In this document: one piece after another, positions 10,001-17,937 of the stretch
Position numbering within the stretch: the first letter of the stretch is position 1
How the letters are laid out: each line of letters starts with the position of its first letter
Assembly (NCBI GenBank): GCA_040387325.1
Contig: JAZKDY010000076.1
Location: forward strand, 6,438-70,437
Source: Pseudomonadota bacterium
Lineage (GTDB): Bacteria; Pseudomonadota; Gammaproteobacteria; Burkholderiales; Burkholderiaceae_C
DNA length: 64,000 nt
Direction: 5' to 3'
Notes under the pieces: generated by a model
What the model saw: the letters and a program-made list of their open reading frames with translations, nothing else
Database searches by the model: none
What the model was told of the DNA's origin: nothing
Made by a program: the position numbers and the translations under genes

Positions 10001-12503
10001 CATGGCACAAAGACAGGCGCGCCCGCACACACGCCTTCTGGCCAATGACCGCATTGGGCTCACCGCCACGGCGCCCAAAGGCGAGTTTTTGCAGGAATCG
10101 GGTGAATTCGCATTTGCAGTCAGTGCCGGTGTCCGTACCCTGCGACCCTGGATCAATGTGTTGTCGAATCCGCACTTTGGCGCGCAGATTTCGGAGGCCG
10201 GAGGTGGTTACACCTGGGCGCTGAATAGCCGCTTGAACCAGCTGACCGCCTGGTCCAACGACCCGGTAGCCGATCCGCCCGCGGAGTGGTTTCTGGTGCA
10301 GGATCTCAAGACCCAACAGATCTGGAGTGTTACCCCCAACGCCTGGGGTGCGGAAGGCAGCCAATACCAGATACGCCATGGCCAGGGCTATAGCGTGATC
10401 AGCCACCACCGTGCCGGTCTGGAGATCAGTGCGCGTTGGTGTGTGGACCCGCAGACCGCGGTCAAGCAGGTCAGCCTGGTGGTGGTCAACCACGGTCTCA
10501 AGGCGGTGCGCCTGCGTGTGGTGGGCATGGCAGAGTGGATGATGGGTGCCAACCGTGCCGACCGCGGAACGGTGCAGACTGATTTCTGCCGCCAACCCCT
10601 GCCCAATGGCAGTCTTTCGGTACTGATGGCCACACAACGCGAGCGTGCGGCCGGGTTTGGGGACGGTACCGCGTTCCTGAGCCTGGCCGGTGGCGACGAG
10701 GACGGCGATGACTGGACCTGCGACCGTCGGGAGTGTTTTGATATGCATGGCCACTTCATGCTGCCCGGGCAGTTCGGGCGGCGCAGCGGCCTGGGGCTGG
10801 ATCCCTGCGCCGCGCTGGCCTCGCGTATGGATGTGGGTGTGGGCGCCTCTGCCGAGCGGGTCTTCCTGCTGGGGTATGCAGAGAATGCCGACGCAGCGCT
10901 GGCGCTGGCCACTGCGGCTGCCGCCGTGCCCACCGAGCAGCGTACGCAGTTGGTGCACGACACCTGGAATACGTTGCTGGGCGCCACGGTGGTGAGCACA
11001 CCCGACCCCCTGTTTGACGCCATGGTCAACCGCTGGCTGCTGTACCAGACCGTGACCTGCCGTCTATGGGCCAAGGCGGGCTTCTACCAGGCGGGCGGCG
11101 CAACCGGTTTTCGTGACCAGTTGCAGGACGCCATGGCGCTGGCCTGGGCGGCACCGAAAATGCTGCGTGACCAGATCGTGCTGTGCGCATCGCGCCAGTT
11201 TGAGCAGGGGGACGTGCAGCACTGGTGGCACGCCCCCGTGGGGGCCGGTGTTCGCACCCATTTCTCGGACGACCTGCTCTGGTTGCCCTATGCCTGCACC
11301 CGTTATGTCCGTGCCACGGGTGATGCCACGCTGCTGGAGCAGGAGGTCCCTTTTCTGGAAGGCGCGGCGATTCCCGAAGGGGCAGAGGATGCCTACTACA
11401 CACCCGGTATCAGTGCACACACCGCCTCAGTCTACGAACATGCCGCGCGTGCCATAGACCACAGCCTGCGCGTGGGTGTACATGGTTTGCCGCTGATGGG
11501 CAGCGGCGACTGGAACGACGGCATGAACCGTGTTGGTATTGAAGGCCGTGGCGAGTCGGTCTGGCTGGCGTGGTTTCTGTGCCGTCTGGTCGCCGACTTT
11601 GTGCCGCTGGCTGCACAGCGTGGTGACACGGCGCGTGTGTTGGCCTGGCAAACCGCCTTGCAGGGCTGGAGGCTTGCCTTGCAAGGCCCGGCGTGGGATG
11701 GCCGCTGGTTCAAGCGGGCGTTTTTTGACAACGGTGAACCTCTGGGATCCAGTGCCAATGCAGAGGCCCGCATTGACCTGATTGCACAGTCCTGGGCCGT
11801 GTTGTCCGGCGCGGCACCGCAGGACATGCAAAGCATGGCCCTCTCGGCCATGGACACCGAGTTGGTCGACGCGGACCAGGGCCTGATCAAGTTGCTGGAT
11901 CCTCCATTCAGCCAGTCCGCGCCCAGCCCGGGCTACATACAGGCCTACCCGCCTGGGGTCCGCGAAAACGGAGGGCAATATTCACATGCCGGTGTGTGGG
12001 CCCTGATGGCGCAGGCGGCTCGCCCCAGGGACGCACAACACCCAGAGGGCGGCGGTGATACTCCCTACCGGTACTTCACCTACCTGAGCCCGGCACACCG
12101 GGCCAGCCACCTGTCCCGCGGCCTTGCCTATGGGATTGAACCGTATGCGATGGCAGGCGATGTGTATTCGCAGCCGCCCTATGTCGGCCGCGGTGGCTGG
12201 AGCTGGTACACGGGCGCCGCCGCCTGGTTGCACCGCGCAGCCGTGGAGTCCATTTTTGGCTTGCAGCTGGGCGCACAGGAGCTGGTATTCCAGCCCTGCC
12301 TGCCGGCACACTGGGACCGTGCGGAGATGCGTCTGGTCCGTGGTGCGTACAACATGCGTTTTGTGTTCCTGCGGGCCAATCTGGGGGATGCACTGGCGGC
12401 GACCACGGCGTTGGGTGCACAGGCACTGCGGCCCGGGCAGGCCCTGCATTGGACGGATCTGGAAGGGGATAGCTGTTTTGTCATTCCTTTGCTCGCGGAA
12501 TAG
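4059..12503 (+). CDS. ndvB: Cyclic beta-1,2-glucan synthase (Cgs/NdvB/ChvB: GT84, cyclase, GH94 phosphorylase domains)
   Basis: 2814 aa; GWERKRGKL, LDSDT, SHDLLEG, RVHRWTRGDWQ (GT); SPTNIG, SMFEYLMP, WGVSES (glucoamylase-like); GFRDQLQD, GDWNDGMN, ENGGQYSH (GH94); several TM segments. Confidence 0.9.
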   Translation: MARPALADLLPGATPALCNMLDPSRGAVQPPIRSEIFGAQRFAQHGVSLGATHRAEAVSIFAATFFPRLKSNIQVLREAHRYIGVQASTGYDISPAAEWLLDNFHTIEAQLKEIHEGLPRSYFRSLPVLQDEPLAGLPRVYGVAWAFVAHTDGAFDEALLAHFLTAYQEVRELKLSEVWAMPTTLRVVLIENLRRLAERVATNKAAREVANICFDRIDSYDADALDELLTLLTLRGVGRVFLAQMAQRLQDRRTAGDDNGQTLVQSWLRVALPDLGAMQIQQSADQAQDNLSVSNAVMSLRAIGDADWSGIIARTSALMQLMLTSPLFSAEDDATRDQTLHAIEKLARRSGQSEVSVARALLRLMQTSDPADGLSGVAHHWLRGAGQAALMQAIGLPDRAGYFWQNCVRRLVLPAYLLVLCSALSLLVWWLLHHGGGTAGYGNYTWLTLVCVAAMLFPASEAVVAVVNRLISESARPQHLPRLALLDGIPPEHRVLVVIPGMLTTAAATQELVHHLELHYLANPESEAQFALLTDWADADTPQLSSDGAMLALAQEQMDALNRRHPRAPGVTQGTARFVLLHRHRSFSESEQRWIGWERKRGKLEQLVTALATDDNSSFLDLGVASQLTRNTRYIVTLDSDTLLPSGRLRELVSVAAHPHNEPRLDTSGRKVVSGYCILQPRIETPLPTAELATPFHWLFAGQCGIDPYSAASSEVYQDLFGEGTFTGKGLLHVQTLHAVLTGRLPEGQILSHDLLEGSLARCATVTDLSVIEDAPFHADVAAARVHRWTRGDWQLLPVLAASVLRPRQYGIRAVNLWKMLDNLRRSLVAPLSLVFLLTALAGSSVSPWIALALVFLAFSVGPLMGALAGFSPRQVDLAKTRFFVEAAVDLGRALAGGLWHVAQLVHQSLLAGDAITRALHRTFISRRQLLQWTTAAAAQSSAKTTLEGIVRLHWLEPATALALLVGLLVAGTPYPGLALGLCLVWGGSPVWIWWASRPRPPATDAQVTALDAAYLHGVARDTWRLFERCVGPDDKHLPPDNLQLSPHDIVAHRTSPTNIGMYLLSVACARKFGWIGTQDMLNRLQATLATLMTLERHRGHFLNWYDTQSGAPLLPTYVSTVDSGNLSGHLLALGQACLDLAHAPLDGAAGQRAIAHSRARMAPLLALRSQLPPQLREELRWMLADHRNTLRSAAMDETLDAVDAAHQLRALARAFTDLAWEADYTFLYHGKRRLFHIGYRVAERQRDSAFYDLLASESRLTSLLAIAKGDVPVRHWAALGRPFFAVGTSVGLRSWTGSMFEYLMPSLVLAEPQGSVLQAACHAALREQMSFTRAQGLPWGVSESAYAASDHTLAYQYAPQGVPRLALRRTPVDELVIAPYATALVAQIAPRSATQNFRILESLGARGRYGFIDALDYSPARRVDGKSFTAVDTVMAHHQGMSIVSLANTLLHGIAQRWGMANASMESVASLLHEPVPRAVSLLYAPPPASRPVAQQRRRVPSLLRPVVPGAAAVEPTHLLSNGRYSVSLRANGAGWSRWGQTGITRQRDDALRDDRGSFFYLRWDQQRLPVSLTQHPAPDPHASYRSVFHADRVCFDATWADIHAQTTVWVSPEDDIEFRRVELRNDSDRTLDIELISAFEPTLADRLADEAHPAFTSLFVRAEWLVTHQSLLLERKPRLPTEQGLQAAHFLTTSDARILGTSIQTDRQRWLGRNHCLANPLASLDPLPLTTAETSKVLATGLDPMCALAVQVRIAPNARIQLTFATAVADNGATLRAVIDKYRLVNNVKRSSLMSATLMGIRLRSLRISADNFAAMQTLTTAMVLTLTRPSTRPPTVGGVKPGVCDRRLLWRFGVSGDRPLILVSAGVLQGLGLLRVMAQALNFWAWGGIACDLVVVNSEPASYDMPLQREIAALRDRHLFDTGAPQRPAVTGFVLLRANELSADELSTLKAHARVRLHADGRPLAHHVQEWMDLHGQAMAQRQARPHTRLLANDRIGLTATAPKGEFLQESGEFAFAVSAGVRTLRPWINVLSNPHFGAQISEAGGGYTWALNSRLNQLTAWSNDPVADPPAEWFLVQDLKTQQIWSVTPNAWGAEGSQYQIRHGQGYSVISHHRAGLEISARWCVDPQTAVKQVSLVVVNHGLKAVRLRVVGMAEWMMGANRADRGTVQTDFCRQPLPNGSLSVLMATQRERAAGFGDGTAFLSLAGGDEDGDDWTCDRRECFDMHGHFMLPGQFGRRSGLGLDPCAALASRMDVGVGASAERVFLLGYAENADAALALATAAAAVPTEQRTQLVHDTWNTLLGATVVSTPDPLFDAMVNRWLLYQTVTCRLWAKAGFYQAGGATGFRDQLQDAMALAWAAPKMLRDQIVLCASRQFEQGDVQHWWHAPVGAGVRTHFSDDLLWLPYACTRYVRATGDATLLEQEVPFLEGAAIPEGAEDAYYTPGISAHTASVYEHAARAIDHSLRVGVHGLPLMGSGDWNDGMNRVGIEGRGESVWLAWFLCRLVADFVPLAAQRGDTARVLAWQTALQGWRLALQGPAWDGRWFKRAFFDNGEPLGSSANAEARIDLIAQSWAVLSGAAPQDMQSMALSAMDTELVDADQGLIKLLDPPFSQSAPSPGYIQAYPPGVRENGGQYSHAGVWALMAQAARPRDAQHPEGGGDTPYRYFTYLSPAHRASHLSRGLAYGIEPYAMAGDVYSQPPYVGRGGWSWYTGAAAWLHRAAVESIFGLQLGAQELVFQPCLPAHWDRAEMRLVRGAYNMRFVFLRANLGDALAATTALGAQALRPGQALHWTDLEGDSCFVIPLLAE

Positions 12504-12532
12504 TGGCCTGGGCCGGTTGGCACGCGTGGCTC

Positions 12533-12548
12533 GGTGCGCTAGCACACC
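12533..12548 (+). promoter_or_regulatory. Crp/Fnr-type box 4 (BON lipoprotein)
   Basis: GGTGCG-CTAG-CACACC then GAC; TATAGT 21 nt downstream (12570-12575). Confidence 0.75.
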
Positions 12549-12617
12549 GACAAATGGCGGCGGCATTTTTATAGTTGCACTGTCCGTTTGTTAATTACTA
12601 TTTTCTGGAGATTCACT

Positions 12618-12932
12618 ATGCAAATTCGCCAATCCCTGGCCATCGCCATTTCTGCCATCGTCCTGCTCACCGCCACCGGTTGTGCCGTCCAGCGTGGTCA
12701 GGAATCCGTGGGCTCTTACATCGATGATGCAGGTATCACCACCCTGATCAAGACCCGCTTTGTGGAAAACAAACAGGTGGACGCTGCGTCCATCAAGGTC
12801 GAGACATTGAACGGCACTGTCATGTTGTCGGGCTTCGCCAAGAATGGCGCCGAGCGCACTTCCGCTGAAGCCATCGCACGCGGTGTCAAGGGTGTGGTCG
12901 CTGTCAAGAACGAGATCGCTGTCCGCCCATAA
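12618..12932 (+). CDS. Single-BON domain lipoprotein (OsmY-like)
   Basis: GGAG RBS; lipobox ATGC; IDDAGITTLIK...VETLNGTVMLSGF...GVKGVVAVKNEI. Confidence 0.9.
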   Translation: MQIRQSLAIAISAIVLLTATGCAVQRGQESVGSYIDDAGITTLIKTRFVENKQVDAASIKVETLNGTVMLSGFAKNGAERTSAEAIARGVKGVVAVKNEIAVRP

Positions 12933-12951
12933 TTGGCGCAGGCCATTCTCC

Positions 12952-12990
12952 AAAGCCCCAGGCTCCGTTAAGGAGCGCTGGGGCTTTTTT
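12952..12990. terminator. Intrinsic terminator
   Basis: AAAGCCCCAGGCTCC-gttaa-GGAGCGCTGGGGCTTTTTT. Confidence 0.8.
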
Positions 12991-13000
12991 GTGGGCCGGT

Positions 13001-13651
13001 TTATTGTGGTCTTTTCACCAGAAACTGCGACAACTCTTCCAGCACGGTCCGTACTGCATGGTTGGCGGCGACCACGCCCGCGCGGGGGTCATCGCTGCTG
13101 GCCGGGACTTGCGCATCAAAAGCGCGCCACGCGACCACCTTGCGTGTCTTCTCTTCGACCAGGTAGACCCGCAGCGTGAAATGCACGTTGCTGGGCCGGG
13201 TCTGAAAATCCTGCTGCAGCCGCACGATCTCGGTGTCCAGCCGCAGTTCACCACCGGCAGAACCCGGTGTCATCACCACTGCACGGAATGCACCCGTGTG
13301 TTCTATCGCTGCCACCATCAACGGCCCGAGCATGCGTGCGGGTGTATCGATCCATTCGCTGTGCGCAAAATACTCCAGCTTGTGGGGCTCGCGCATGTAG
13401 ATGATGCGCTGGCTGTCAAAGCCCGAGGCCGCACGCACCGGGCTGATGATCAGCGTTGGGGCACCGGCAGGCACGGCGCGCGCTGTATGGGGCGTTGTTG
13501 CAGCCGGACCTGCATACTCCAGCGCATAAAAGCTCGGCGGCGTGCTGGCCTTGGGCTGCAGCACGCTGCAGGCGCTTAGGGCCAGGACGGCCAGGCACAC
13601 GCCCGCCAGTCGTGCGCGTGATGCAGGGGTTTTGTGGTGTGGTGTTGTCAC
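13001..13651 (-). CDS. ABC-type transport auxiliary lipoprotein (PqiC-like)
   Basis: Lipobox LSAC; GFDSQRIIY, EWIDTPARML; last gene of the MCE operon. Confidence 0.85.
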   Translation of the reverse strand: MTTPHHKTPASRARLAGVCLAVLALSACSVLQPKASTPPSFYALEYAGPAATTPHTARAVPAGAPTLIISPVRAASGFDSQRIIYMREPHKLEYFAHSEWIDTPARMLGPLMVAAIEHTGAFRAVVMTPGSAGGELRLDTEIVRLQQDFQTRPSNVHFTLRVYLVEEKTRKVVAWRAFDAQVPASSDDPRAGVVAANHAVRTVLEELSQFLVKRPQ

Positions 13652-14505
13652 GGTTTTGCTCCCTGTTCTCCGGGACCCGTGGGAACCGGTGTGCGACCAA
13701 ATAACAGCCCACTCGGGTCGCGGGTGGTCTGCTCGCTCAGCCGCCGCAAGGAATTGCTCAGGCTGCCCAGTTCACCCAGCAGGCGTTCGACCTCGGGCAG
13801 TGTCTCCGTGCCCAGGCGCTGGACGCCGACACCCAGGCCATCGGCCGCCTTGGATGCACTGGCGCCCGCCAGGGAGAGGTCATTCCCCATCTTGCCGACG
13901 GAATCTGCGCTGCGGCCCACGCGGTCGATCAGGGGGCCGAGTTTGGCGGTTGCCTGTGCCGTGTTGTTCAGGATGCTGGAGAACGATGCCTGGTTCTCCG
14001 GGCTCAGGATGGCATTGATGTTGTTCGAGGTGCTGTCCAGCTTGCCCAGCACATTCGTGAGCACGTTCTCCAGCCGGGCGCTCAGCGAAGGTTTGGTCTG
14101 GATAACGGGGTAACGGTTGGGGGCAATGGTGCGCAACGCGGGTGAGTCCCGTGTGCCACCGCTGAGCTCTACATAGGTAATGCCGGTCAGGCCCTGTGTC
14201 TTCAGCACCGCAATGGTGTCTTCCTTGATCGGGGTGCCGTCTTCAATGGCAAAGCTCAGGATCACGCGTTCGGGGGTGGCGCGGTCCAGGTCGATGCGCT
14301 GCACCTTGCCAACATCCACGCCGTTGTATTTGACCGGTGCATTCAGGTTGAGGCCCGCAACCGACTCATTGGCTATCGCGAGGAAGGTGTCGTAGTTCTT
14401 CTGCCAGGCGCCGCCAGAGGCCAGCCACAGTGCTCCGGCGATGAGGACGGCGCCCAGGCCCAGAACAAAGGCGCCCACAATGGAAAAGCTTACTTTGGTT
14501 TCCAT
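13648..14505 (-). CDS. MCE/MlaD family protein with helical extension
   Basis: N-terminal TM; SVAGLNLNAPVKYNGVDVGKV, QGLTGITYVELSGG. Confidence 0.9.
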   Translation of the reverse strand: METKVSFSIVGAFVLGLGAVLIAGALWLASGGAWQKNYDTFLAIANESVAGLNLNAPVKYNGVDVGKVQRIDLDRATPERVILSFAIEDGTPIKEDTIAVLKTQGLTGITYVELSGGTRDSPALRTIAPNRYPVIQTKPSLSARLENVLTNVLGKLDSTSNNINAILSPENQASFSSILNNTAQATAKLGPLIDRVGRSADSVGKMGNDLSLAGASASKAADGLGVGVQRLGTETLPEVERLLGELGSLSNSLRRLSEQTTRDPSGLLFGRTPVPTGPGEQGAKP

Positions 14506-15314
14506 ACGGTCTCCTGGGGTGGGGTTGGGGGTTGGGCCTGTTGTTGCGCGCTGCGTGCACGTGGGCCTTCAAAAAAGGGCCGTACCAGGGGTTTGTCGGA
14601 GTCGGCGAGTTCCTGCATGGAGCCTATGGCCTGCACCGTGCCATCACCCAGCACGGCCACGCGGTCGGCCACCTGCCACAGCAGGTCCAGGTCGTGGGTG
14701 ATCATGACGATGGTCAGGCCATACAGGTCGCGCAGCGAACGCACCAGCTCGTCCACCCCTGCCGCACTGTCGGGGTCCAGGCCCGCGGTCGGCTCGTCCA
14801 GGAACAGCAGTTCGGGGTCCAGCGCCAGGGCGCGCGCCAGGGATGCGCGTTTCATCATGCCGCCACTCAGCTCGGACGGGTACTGGTCTGCCACTTCCGG
14901 CCGCAGGCCGGCCATGGACAGTTTCCAGTGCGCGATTTCGTCAATCAGGCTGTCGCCCAGATCCGTGTGTTCGCGCAGCGGCAGGCCAATGTTTTCGAGC
15001 ACGGTCAACGCGCCAAACAGACCACCGTGCTGGAACATCACGCCCCAGCGCTGGCGCAAGGCCAGGGCGTCCGCGGCGCCTATGTTGTTCAGCGGTATGC
15101 CCAGTACCCGAACGGTGCCCTGCGTGGGTTTCTGCAGCAGGATCATTTCGCGCAGCAGTGTGGATTTGCCGGTACCACTGCCACCGATCACTGCAAAAAT
15201 CTCGGCACGGCGCACCGACAGGTCCACGCCGTCGTGTACCACGTGGTCGCCAAAACGTGTCACCACCTGTTCCATCTCTATGACGGCTTCATCGGTGTCG
15301 GGTGCGCTGTCCAT
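14490..15314 (-). CDS. MlaF-like ABC ATPase
   Basis: GGSGTGKS, LSGGM, LFLDEPTAGLD, ITHD. Confidence 0.9.
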   Translation of the reverse strand: MDSAPDTDEAVIEMEQVVTRFGDHVVHDGVDLSVRRAEIFAVIGGSGTGKSTLLREMILLQKPTQGTVRVLGIPLNNIGAADALALRQRWGVMFQHGGLFGALTVLENIGLPLREHTDLGDSLIDEIAHWKLSMAGLRPEVADQYPSELSGGMMKRASLARALALDPELLFLDEPTAGLDPDSAAGVDELVRSLRDLYGLTIVMITHDLDLLWQVADRVAVLGDGTVQAIGSMQELADSDKPLVRPFFEGPRARSAQQQAQPPTPPQETVWKPK

Positions 15315-15315
15315 G

Positions 15316-16455
15316 TCACAGGTCCAGGATGCTGAAGGCAATGGAGAACAGGGCGTCTGCCACGATCACCAGGAAGATGGACTGCACCACGCTGCGGGTG
15401 GTTTGTTGCCCCACGCTGTCGGCGCCCCCGCGGGTGCGAAAGCCCTGGAAACACCCTACCAGGCTGATGATGATGGCAAACACCGGCGCCTTGGCTATGC
15501 CCACCATGTAAGACGTGACACTGACCGCCTTGGCCATGCGGTCCAGGAATTCGTTGTAGCTGACATCCAGCTGGGTCTGCGCCATCAACATGCCACCGGC
15601 AACGCCCAGCACATCGGCAAACACCGTGAGCAGGGGCAGGGCAATGACCAGGGCAATGACCTTGGGCACCACCAGCAACTCCAGTGGCTCTATGCCCAGG
15701 GTGCGCATGGCATCGATCTCTTCCGTCACGGCCATGGTGCCGATCTGGGCCGCAAAGGCCGAGCCTGAACGCCCGGCAATGGTGATGGCGGTGATCAGCG
15801 GTGCAAACTCGCGCAGCATGGACAGGCCCACCAGGTCTGCCACAAAGATGTTGGCACCGTACTGCCGCAACTGGTCGGCCCCCTGGTAGGCCACCACAAT
15901 GCCCAGCAAAAGCGACAACAGACCGACGATGGGCAGCGCATCAAAACCCGCCCTGCGGATGTTGAACAGAATGGGGCGCCAGCGCATGCGCGATGGGTGG
16001 ATCACGCAGTTGGAAAAAGCCAGCGCACATTCACCCACAAAACCCAGCATGGCAAAAAACTGCTCCCAGGCCGCACCGGCGTGGCGACCCACGCGCTCCA
16101 ACAGGTGTTGTGGCGCTGCCCTGGGCGCAGCGGCTGGTGCACGGGCCTGTGCCTCTTCATGGGTGGTGACAGCTTGCAGCAGGCGCGCGAGGTCGGGGTG
16201 CAAACCCTGCAATGTGATCTGGGCGCCGTCTGCGCGCAATCGGTTCACCAGCTTGTGCAGCACCCAGGCGCCCGCGGTGTCCAGTTGGGCAATGCCTGTT
16301 GCATCAAGCTGTGTTGGCGCGCTGCGGTCAGCCTGCAGGGCATCCAGTTGGTTCGCGATACCACCCAGGCCCCGCGCAGTCCACGCCCCACCCAAGGTCA
16401 GGGTGTCGGGGCTCGACGGTGTGGCGCTGGCACGCGGCTCGCTGAAGTGCTTCAT
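15316..16455 (-). CDS. STAS-MlaE fusion permease
   Basis: N-terminal LDTAGAW STAS-like domain; LREFAPLITA, AGRSGSAFAAQIGTM, EEIDAM; start placed at MKHFSEP, downstream of the predicted -10. Confidence 0.9.
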   Translation of the reverse strand: MKHFSEPRASATPSSPDTLTLGGAWTARGLGGIANQLDALQADRSAPTQLDATGIAQLDTAGAWVLHKLVNRLRADGAQITLQGLHPDLARLLQAVTTHEEAQARAPAAAPRAAPQHLLERVGRHAGAAWEQFFAMLGFVGECALAFSNCVIHPSRMRWRPILFNIRRAGFDALPIVGLLSLLLGIVVAYQGADQLRQYGANIFVADLVGLSMLREFAPLITAITIAGRSGSAFAAQIGTMAVTEEIDAMRTLGIEPLELLVVPKVIALVIALPLLTVFADVLGVAGGMLMAQTQLDVSYNEFLDRMAKAVSVTSYMVGIAKAPVFAIIISLVGCFQGFRTRGGADSVGQQTTRSVVQSIFLVIVADALFSIAFSILDL

Positions 16456-16493
16456 ACGTGGATCTGAGCTTAGGTGTCGCCCCCTGTCCTGTT

Positions 16494-16509
16494 TGTTCGC
16501 GAGCGAACA
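16494..16509. promoter_or_regulatory. Crp/Fnr-type box 5 (bidirectional)
   Basis: Perfect arms TGTTCG-CGAG-CGAACA; CAAGGT 21 nt away on + (16531-16536) and TAAGCT 21 nt away on - (16472-16467). Confidence 0.8.
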
Positions 16510-16582
16510 GAACACGCCGGCGATTCAGGGCAAGGTAGGGCACACGGTCACACCTCTGTGATTGGTATATGGAGTAACACGT

Positions 16583-17161
16583 ATGAAAACCCGCATCGAA
16601 ATTCTGGCGTTTAACACCTTGATGGCCACCGTTCTGGCCGTCTGCGCCGTCGGCTGCAGCAAACCGGTGGACAGTGTTGGCCTGCCCGTGGCCAGCACCA
16701 CCGTAGGCACCGACATCGACGACAGCGTCATCACCAGCAGCGTGAAGTCTGCCTTGCTGGCAGACGCCGACATCAAGAGTTTTGACTTCAAGGTCGAAAC
16801 CCGTAAGGGTGAGGTGCTGCTCAGCGGTTTTGTAGACAACCAGGCCCAACTGGACCGCGCGACGGCTGTCACCCGCGCGGTGTCGGGCGTCAAGGGCATT
16901 CAGAACAATGTGGTGCTGAAGGGCGCGCCTACCACCGTGGGCAAGAAGGTGGATGCCGGCATCATCACCAGCAAGGTCAAGGCCGCGCTGCTGGGTGACC
17001 CCAATATCAAAAGCTTTGACATCGCCGTCGTCACCCGGGACGACGAAGTGCTGCTCAGCGGATTTGTCGACAACCAGGCCCAGGTCGACCGCGCCATGGA
17101 AGTGGCCCGCGGCATTGAGGGTGTGCGCCTGGTGCGCAACGAAATGAGCATCAAGAAGTAA
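16583..17161 (+). CDS. Dual-BON domain lipoprotein (OsmY-like)
   Basis: GGAG RBS; lipobox AVGC; two near-identical BON repeats sharing EVLLSGFVDNQAQ. Confidence 0.9.
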   Translation: MKTRIEILAFNTLMATVLAVCAVGCSKPVDSVGLPVASTTVGTDIDDSVITSSVKSALLADADIKSFDFKVETRKGEVLLSGFVDNQAQLDRATAVTRAVSGVKGIQNNVVLKGAPTTVGKKVDAGIITSKVKAALLGDPNIKSFDIAVVTRDDEVLLSGFVDNQAQVDRAMEVARGIEGVRLVRNEMSIKK

Positions 17162-17186
17162 GGCTGCCCCGGAAGGGGCTGGCTTG

Positions 17187-17936
17187 CTACGCGCTGCGCT
17201 TGTGCACGTCGCTGAGCAGGCGCTCCAGTTCCTTCTTGACCACGCCATAACATTCACAGGCACTGGCTTCCAGGCCCTGGCGTTCCAGCACCGCGATGTG
17301 GCCGCGCCGGTAGCGTATGTAGCCAGCCGTCTGCAGATTGCCGGCGGCTTCGGTCACGCTTTCGCGGCGCACCCCCAGCATGCTGGCCACCAGTTCCTGG
17401 GTCATCACCAGCTCCCGCGCAGGCACGCGGTCCATGGTCAACAGCAGCCAGCGGCACAGTTGCTGTTCCACGGAGTGGTGGCGGTTGCACACGGCAGACT
17501 GGGCCATCTGTGTCATGAGGGCCTGGGTGTAGCGCAACAGCAGGCGCTGCAGCGCGCCAGCACGGTTGAATTCACTTTGCAGCACATGGCGGTCCAGCCG
17601 ATAGGCGTGTCCCGCTGTCTGTACCACAGCCGAGCTGGGGGTGGTGTCGCCGCCCATGAACAGCGAAATGCCTACCACCCCTTCGTTGCCCACACCAGCC
17701 GTCTCGGCCGATGCGCCGGTCTCGGTCACATAGTGCAAAGACACGATGGAGGTGGTGGGGAAGAATGCGTGGCGCAGTTGTGTTCCGGGTTCGTAGAGCA
17801 TCTGGCCCAGTGCCATGGGCACCAGTTCCAGGTGCTGTGCAAACAGGTCAAAGTCTGCCTGCGGCAGGGCTGCCAGCAGGTGGTTGTGTTGGGGGCTATG
17901 CAGGAGGGTCATGTCTTTGGTGCGGGTTGTCGGCAT
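17187..17936 (-). CDS. Crp/Fnr family transcriptional regulator
   Basis: NHLLAALP N-terminus, cNMP-like beta-roll, HTH MTQELVASMLGVRRESVTEAA, C-terminal CECY. Confidence 0.9.
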   Translation of the reverse strand: MPTTRTKDMTLLHSPQHNHLLAALPQADFDLFAQHLELVPMALGQMLYEPGTQLRHAFFPTTSIVSLHYVTETGASAETAGVGNEGVVGISLFMGGDTTPSSAVVQTAGHAYRLDRHVLQSEFNRAGALQRLLLRYTQALMTQMAQSAVCNRHHSVEQQLCRWLLLTMDRVPARELVMTQELVASMLGVRRESVTEAAGNLQTAGYIRYRRGHIAVLERQGLEASACECYGVVKKELERLLSDVHKRSA

Positions 17937-17937
17937 G

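Noticed and set aside
16700-17150. Direct DNA repeats (GTGCTGCTCAGCGG..TTTGT.GACAACCAGGCCCA)
   Set aside because: Duplicated BON domains within one CDS.
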